Positions 59,299 to 64,000 of a DNA stretch of 64,000 nucleotides are shown one piece after another. Under the pieces are notes generated by a model. That model searched no databases. It saw only the letters and a list, made by a program, of their open reading frames with translations, and was not told where the DNA came from. The translations under genes and the position numbers were made by a program. Each line of letters opens with the position of its first letter. Position 1 is the stretch's first letter. The stretch comes from Woeseiaceae bacterium (lineage in GTDB: Bacteria; Pseudomonadota; Gammaproteobacteria; Steroidobacterales; Woeseiaceae): the NCBI GenBank assembly GCA_041617855.1, contig JBFJOC010000003.1:16959-80958 (forward strand), in the 5' to 3' direction.

Positions 59299-59808
59299 TC
59301 AGCCGGCGACGACGTCCTTGACCTTCTTGCCTCGCTTGGCGGCAATCGCCTGCGGAGAATGAATCTCCGACAGCGCATTGATCGTCGCGCGCACGACGTT
59401 GATCGGGTTGCGCGAGCCATAGCTCTTGGCCAGCACGTTGCGAACACCGGCGCATTCGAAGACTGCACGCATTGCGCCCCCGGCGATGACACCCGTACCT
59501 TCGGATGCCGGCTGCATGTACACGTGCGTCGCGCCGTGGCGACCTTTTTTCGCATACTGCAGGGTATCGTTGTTCAGGTTCACGCTGACCAGGTTCTTGC
59601 GTGCGCTCTGCATCGCCTTCTGTATAGCGATCGGCACCTCCCGGGCCTTGCCGTAACCAAAACCGACCTGTCCCTGGCCGTCACCGACGACGGTCAGCGC
59701 GGTAAATCCGAACTGGCGCCCGCCCTTGACGACTTTCGCAACGCGATTCACCGTTACGAGTTTTTCGATCAGATCGTCGGCTGTCGAACCTTGTTCACTT
59801 CTTGCCAT
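59299..59808 (-). CDS. rpsE: 30S ribosomal protein S5
   Basis: 169-aa ORF ..[45 protein letters not shown].. Confidence 0.97.
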   Translation of the reverse strand: MARSEQGSTADDLIEKLVTVNRVAKVVKGGRQFGFTALTVVGDGQGQVGFGYGKAREVPIAIQKAMQSARKNLVSVNLNNDTLQYAKKGRHGATHVYMQPASEGTGVIAGGAMRAVFECAGVRNVLAKSYGSRNPINVVRATINALSEIHSPQAIAAKRGKKVKDVVAG

Positions 59809-59849
59809 AGTCTGGTCCGGACGGCGAGATTGCCGTCACTATTCCTCAC

Positions 59850-60209
59850 CTAAAATTTGAGTCCTGCCTCACGTGCTGCTTCGGCAAGCGCCTTAATGCG
59901 ACCGTGATAACGAAAACCGGAGCGGTCGAAGGCGACCGTGTCGATGCCGGCCGCTTTGGCTTTCTCTGCTATCCGAGCACCGACGATCGCGGCCGCCTCG
60001 ACATTACCGCCGCTCTTTATGCCCTTACGAACTTCGGGCTCGAGTGTGGATGCCGAGGCAACCACGCTGTCGCCATCGGCAGCGATCACCTGCGCATAGA
60101 TGTGCCGCGGCGTGCGATGCACACTGAGACGGACAGCACCCAGCTGCCGAATTTTCGCGCGACCCTTGCGCGCGCGGCGCAGTCGACTCCGTTTCTTTTC
60201 GAGCTTCAT
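59850..60209 (-). CDS. rplR: 50S ribosomal protein L18
   Basis: Internal ATG 60209 gives [37 protein letters not shown]... Confidence 0.95.
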   Translation of the reverse strand: MKLEKKRSRLRRARKGRAKIRQLGAVRLSVHRTPRHIYAQVIAADGDSVVASASTLEPEVRKGIKSGGNVEAAAIVGARIAEKAKAAGIDTVAFDRSGFRYHGRIKALAEAAREAGLKF

Positions 60210-60222
60210 GAGATTGACACCA

Positions 60223-60756
60223 CTACTTCTTCTTCGCTTCCTTGATAACGACGCGCTCATCCGAATAGCGCACGCCCTTGCCCTTGTACGGCTCCGGCGG
60301 ACGATACGCCCGGATCTCGGCGGCTACCTGACCCACGCGCTGCTTATCCGCGCCCTTAATGACGATCTCGGTCTGACTAGGCGTCTCCACCGTGATCCCG
60401 TCGGGAATGTCATGGACCACAGGATGCGAAAAACCAAGTGTTAGCGTCAGCTTCTTGCCCTGCGCCTGAGCGCGGTAACCTATTCCGACCAGCTCGAGCT
60501 TGCGCTCGAAGCCAACTGTGACGCCGCGTACCATATTTGCGAGGAGTGAGCGGGTCGTGCCCGCAACCGCCGTCGCAAAGCGCGAACCAGAGCGTGGCAC
60601 CACCTGCAGCGTACCGTCCTGCTGTTTGACCTCGACTTCGCTGTTCAGTGCCATCGACAAAGACTCCTTGCCGCCTTTGATCGTCACAACGTCAGCGTCG
60701 CGAGAGAATTCAACGCTGGCCGGCAATTCGACCGGCGCTTTTGCAATTCTAGACAT
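60223..60756 (-). CDS. rplF: 50S ribosomal protein L6
   Basis: Internal ATG 60756 gives [17 protein letters not shown]......TIKG.K.... Confidence 0.95.
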   Translation of the reverse strand: MSRIAKAPVELPASVEFSRDADVVTIKGGKESLSMALNSEVEVKQQDGTLQVVPRSGSRFATAVAGTTRSLLANMVRGVTVGFERKLELVGIGYRAQAQGKKLTLTLGFSHPVVHDIPDGITVETPSQTEIVIKGADKQRVGQVAAEIRAYRPPEPYKGKGVRYSDERVVIKEAKKK

Positions 60757-60790
60757 AGCTCTGTATCCCGCCCTTGTATTCGTCACTGCA

Positions 60791-61186
60791 TCAGGAAACG
60801 ATGCACAGAACCTCGCCGCCGATCCCTTTTTCACGCGCCTCGCGATCGCTCATGACGCCGGCCGACGTCGACACGACCGCTACGCCAAGGCCGCCGAGCA
60901 CTCGCGGGAGTTCGTCCTTACTTCGATACACACGCAGACCCGGCTTACTCGCTCGCTCGATTCGCTCTATGACAGGCTTGCCTTCGAAATACTTCAGCTC
61001 GACGACCAGATTGCGTGCAGCACCTTCGCCGTCGGTCGAAAAGTCGTTGATGTATCCCTCCTGCTTCAGCACGTTCGCGACCGCAGTTTTTACCTTGGAC
61101 GCGGGCATCGAAACGCTGACTTTGCGCGCCTTCTGGCCGTTGCGAATGCGGGTCAGCATATCGGCGATGGGATCACTCATGCTCAT
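60791..61186 (-). CDS. rpsH: 30S ribosomal protein S8
   Basis: 131-aa [21 protein letters not shown]... Confidence 0.97.
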   Translation of the reverse strand: MSMSDPIADMLTRIRNGQKARKVSVSMPASKVKTAVANVLKQEGYINDFSTDGEGAARNLVVELKYFEGKPVIERIERASKPGLRVYRSKDELPRVLGGLGVAVVSTSAGVMSDREAREKGIGGEVLCIVS

Positions 61187-61200
61187 GCGTTAGTCTCCGC

Positions 61201-61506
61201 TTACCAGCTTGCCTTCGTCAGGCCCGGGATCTCGCCCCGCATGGCACCTTCACGCAGCTTGTTACGGCCGAGGCCGAATTTTCGATAGACACCGTGCGGA
61301 CGGCCCGTGATGGCGCAACGGCTTCTCTGGCGCACCGGGCTGGAATCGCGCGGCAATGCGCTCAGCTTCGTCTGGGCAGCGGCGCGCTGTTCGTCGCTGC
61401 TGTTAACGTCCCTAATGATCGCCTTGAGGGCCTTACGCTTTGCAGCGTATTTGGCAACGAGCTTCGCCCGCTTAAGCTCACGCTGAATCATCGATTTCTT
61501 TGCCAT
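61201..61506 (-). CDS. rpsN: 30S ribosomal protein S14 (long, non-zinc form)
   Basis: 101-aa [23 protein letters not shown]......[19 protein letters not shown]....G.IPG..KASW. Confidence 0.97.
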   Translation of the reverse strand: MAKKSMIQRELKRAKLVAKYAAKRKALKAIIRDVNSSDEQRAAAQTKLSALPRDSSPVRQRSRCAITGRPHGVYRKFGLGRNKLREGAMRGEIPGLTKASW

Positions 61507-61567
61507 GTCAATAAATTCTCATTAATTACAGAGGCTTAACTTTGTAGTTGTTGATTAACCTGTCGCC

Positions 61568-62107
61568 CTACTGCTTGAACGGAAAGCTGAACGCCTCGAG
61601 AAGCGCCCGACCCTGTTCCGGATTCCGTGCGCTCGTCGTAATCGTGATATCCATACCGCGCAGCGCATCGATTTCGTCATAATTGATTTCCGGAAAGATA
61701 ATCTGCTCCGGAACGCCCATGCTGTAATTACCCTGACGGTCGAACGACCTCGGATTCAGCCCACGAAAGTCTCGGATGCGCGGAATCGCGATATTCACGA
61801 GCCGATCTAGAAACTCGTACATTCGCTCGCGCCGGAGCGTGACTTTGCACCCGATCGGAAATCCGTCGCGAATCTTGAAGGCCGCGACGGACTTGCGTGC
61901 CGCGCAGGTGACCGGTCGCTGTCCGGATATCTTCTCCATATCGCTGCGCGCATTCTCAATGACTTTCTTGTCGGCGATGGCTTCGCCAATACCCATGTTC
62001 AGCGTAATTTTCGTGATTCGCGGAACCTCCATGGGATTGCTGAGACCCAGCTTGCTCTGCAGCGCGCCGAGCAACTCCGTCTTGAATTTTTCCTCTAATC
62101 TTGCCAT
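61568..62107 (-). CDS. rplE: 50S ribosomal protein L5
   Basis: 179-aa [13 protein letters not shown]....L......N.M.VPRI.KITLNMG.GEA... Confidence 0.97.
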   Translation of the reverse strand: MARLEEKFKTELLGALQSKLGLSNPMEVPRITKITLNMGIGEAIADKKVIENARSDMEKISGQRPVTCAARKSVAAFKIRDGFPIGCKVTLRRERMYEFLDRLVNIAIPRIRDFRGLNPRSFDRQGNYSMGVPEQIIFPEINYDEIDALRGMDITITTSARNPEQGRALLEAFSFPFKQ

Positions 62108-62140
62108 TTCCCAATCTCGCCTCTCGGGGTGCGGGGGTCG

Positions 62141-62458
62141 TCAAATATCGACGACGTCGCCAGAGCCTTTGAAAATACGAACTTTGTCACCGTTCTTGTC
62201 GGTGCGGAAGCCGACGCGCTCACCCTTTTTCGACTTCGCGTTGAACACGAGCACATTGGAAATGTCCAGCGGCATCGCCTTGTCTTTGATACCGCCTGGT
62301 TCACCAATATTGGGATTCGGCTTCGTGTGCTTTTTTACCACATTGATGCCTTCTACAAGCACGCGCCCATCCTTGTAGACCTGCAGCACGGTGCCGCGCC
62401 GACCCTTGTCCCGGCCGGCAATGACAACAACCTCGTCGCCTTTCCTGATCTTGTTCAT
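62141..62458 (-). CDS. rplX: 50S ribosomal protein L24
   Basis: 105-aa [26 protein letters not shown]... Confidence 0.97.
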   Translation of the reverse strand: MNKIRKGDEVVVIAGRDKGRRGTVLQVYKDGRVLVEGINVVKKHTKPNPNIGEPGGIKDKAMPLDISNVLVFNAKSKKGERVGFRTDKNGDKVRIFKGSGDVVDI

Positions 62459-62482
62459 CTGTCAGTCCGTCACACCGGCTGT

Positions 62483-62851
62483 TCAAAGCACTTCGGGAGC
62501 CAGCGAAATAATTTTCATAAATCGATTTGTGCGCAGTTCGCGCGTAACCGGACCGAAAATTCGCGTGCCGATCGGCTCCAACCGTGCATTGAGCAAAACC
62601 GCAGCGTTGCCGTCAAAGCGGATAAGCGATCCGTCGTTGCGGCGCACGCCCTTCCGCGTGCGTACGACAACCGCGTTGTAGATTTCTCCTTTCTTAACCT
62701 TGCCGCGAGGGATTGCGTCCTTAACGCTCACCTTTATGACGTCACCAACGCTGGCATAACGACGTTTCGATCCGCCGAGGACCTTGATGCACTGCACCCG
62801 ACGGGCTCCCGAATTGTCCGCCGCCTCCAGCACTGTCTGCATCTGAATCAT
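62483..62851 (-). CDS. rplN: 50S ribosomal protein L14
   Basis: 122-aa [31 protein letters not shown]... Confidence 0.98.
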   Translation of the reverse strand: MIQMQTVLEAADNSGARRVQCIKVLGGSKRRYASVGDVIKVSVKDAIPRGKVKKGEIYNAVVVRTRKGVRRNDGSLIRFDGNAAVLLNARLEPIGTRIFGPVTRELRTNRFMKIISLAPEVL

Positions 62852-62872
62852 GTCCGCAATCCAAATAAGTAT

Positions 62873-63142
62873 CTAGCTGTCCGTCGCACGCTCAATGATG
62901 TTGACTACGGCCCAGGACTTGTTTTTCGATACCGGCCGACACTCCGATAATTCTACCCGATCGCCCGCCCGACATTCATTGTTGGCGTCATGCGCCATTA
63001 CCTTCGATGTTCGACGAATATATTTACCGTACATCGGGTGCTTGATGAGTCGTTCGATGGCAACCGAAACGGTCTTGTCCATCTTGTCGCTTACGACACG
63101 CCCAACGATTGTGCGCTTCACGCCTTGCTTATCGTCGTTCAT
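62873..63142 (-). CDS. rpsQ: 30S ribosomal protein S17
   Basis: 89-aa ORF ..[39 protein letters not shown]....GD.V....CRP.SK.K.W. Its start overlaps the rpmC stop (ATGA). Confidence 0.97.
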   Translation of the reverse strand: MNDDKQGVKRTIVGRVVSDKMDKTVSVAIERLIKHPMYGKYIRRTSKVMAHDANNECRAGDRVELSECRPVSKNKSWAVVNIIERATDS

Positions 63143-63345
63143 TTGCTGTCACCCGCAGCACGTTTAAGCTCGCCAATTACAGTCTTTACTCGCGCGATAT
63201 CCTTTCGAACACGGCGGTGCGAGTGGTTATGAGTTAGCTCGCCTGTCATCTGCTGCATCCGGAGGTTGAACTGCTCGCGGCGCAGCGCGACGAGTTCATC
63301 GTTGAGCTCGTCGATCGACTTTTTCCGAAGTTCGCTGGCTTCCAT
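63139..63345 (-). CDS. rpmC: 50S ribosomal protein L29
   Basis: Internal ATG 63345 gives [31 protein letters not shown]... It overlaps the rplP stop by 1 nt. Confidence 0.95.
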   Translation of the reverse strand: MEASELRKKSIDELNDELVALRREQFNLRMQQMTGELTHNHSHRRVRKDIARVKTVIGELKRAAGDSK

Positions 63346-63758
63346 CACATCACCTGTCGGGTCACGAATTCCGTTTGAAACGGCAGCTTGGCCGCCGCAA
63401 GGCGAAACGCTTCGCGAGCGATCTCTTCCGTAACGCCTTCCATTTCGTAGAGGACGCGGCCGGGCTGAATTTGGCAAACCCAATATTCGACGTTGCCCTT
63501 ACCCTTACCCTGGCGCACCTCGAGCGGCTTCTTCGTAATCGGCTTGTCCGGGAACACCCGAATCCAGATCTTGCCACCGCGCTTGATGTACCGCGTCATG
63601 GCACGCCGCGCCGCCTCGATCTGGCGGGCCGTCATACGCCCACGGCCGACTGCCTTCAGCCCGTATTCGCCGAATGACACGGAGCTGCCGCGAATCGCGA
63701 GCCCCCTATTGCGACTCTTCTGCTGCTTTCGAAACTTTGTTCGCTTTGGCTGTAGCAT
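63345..63758 (-). CDS. rplP: 50S ribosomal protein L16
   Basis: 137-aa [30 protein letters not shown]... Confidence 0.98.
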   Translation of the reverse strand: MLQPKRTKFRKQQKSRNRGLAIRGSSVSFGEYGLKAVGRGRMTARQIEAARRAMTRYIKRGGKIWIRVFPDKPITKKPLEVRQGKGKGNVEYWVCQIQPGRVLYEMEGVTEEIAREAFRLAAAKLPFQTEFVTRQVM

Positions 63759-63784
63759 TTTTTATCCCGAGGCCTTGCGCGCCA

Positions 63785-64000
63785 TTACGACCGCGCGGCG
63801 GTGCCCGGCTCGGCCGGCTCGCTGGCGGTCGCGTCAGGCTTGTCGAAGACCTCACCCTTGAAAATCCAAACCTTCACGCCGATGACCCCGTAAGTCGTCC
63901 GCGCCTCTGCCAGGCCGTAATCGATATCTGCGCGCAGCGTGTGCAGAGGCACACGCCCCTCCCGATACCATTCGGACCGCGCGATCTCGGCGCCATTCAG
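63785..64000 (-). CDS. rpsC: 30S ribosomal protein S3 (5' partial; N-terminus beyond the right edge)
   Basis: My minus-strand translation from nt 64000 gives [71 protein letters not shown], then TAA at 63787-63785. This is the conserved S3 C-terminal region, upstream of rplP. Confidence 0.93.
   Translation of the reverse strand: MNGAEIARSEWYREGRVPLHTLRADIDYGLAEARTTYGVIGVKVWIFKGEVFDKPDATASEPAEPGTAARS

Overview
This is a GC-rich bacterial chromosomal segment (roughly 60-65% G+C by eye, not computed). Its gene order is typical of Gammaproteobacteria. I call about 80 protein-coding genes, roughly 90% on the minus strand.

Left to right:
- yhdP (3' partial, missing from the ORF track), rng, maf.
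- rlmH-rsfS-nadD-holA.
- A 6.3-kb block wedged between holA and lptE. It holds a Trm112-like gene, a MerC-like gene, an unknown membrane protein with a helical tail, yidD, sufE, cysS, hisI, a tiny Tat-signal peptide gene, an unknown membrane protein and an HExxH protein.
- lptE-leuS.
- lnt-corC-ybeY-phoH-miaB.
- ssb, an MFS transporter, uvrA, an ATP-grasp protein, a YeiH-like protein.
- A translationally coupled four-gene operon: a 95-codon ORF, a ~1,360-aa internally duplicated polytopic membrane protein of no family I can name, a DUF2238/YjdF-like protein and a secreted alpha/beta hydrolase.
- uup.
- A ~10-kb run of about 20 small same-strand accessory genes: VOC, GNAT, TerB-like, DUF1801, upp, cupin, bPH, VIT-like, DUF1761, beta-carbonic anhydrase, DUF5655-like, GGCT-like, HAD, DUF2784, CDA-type deaminase, a CXXCH lipoprotein and small membrane proteins.
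- trpS, ggt, pepQ, an SDR.
- The alpha and spc ribosomal-protein operons and the end of the S10 operon (rplQ through rpsC, 5' partial).

I saw no rRNA, tRNA, CRISPR array, transposase, integrase or phage genes.

The ORF track shows non-ATG starts as M. I verified TTG at 35957, 17708 and 13354, and GTG at 8384 and 10929. Several starts were therefore re-set to internal ATGs.

The best candidates for something undescribed are the giant duplicated membrane-protein operon (30365-36137) and the independently promoted Tat-signal mini-protein gene (13025-13382) with its unknown neighbours. Everything functional about them is inference.
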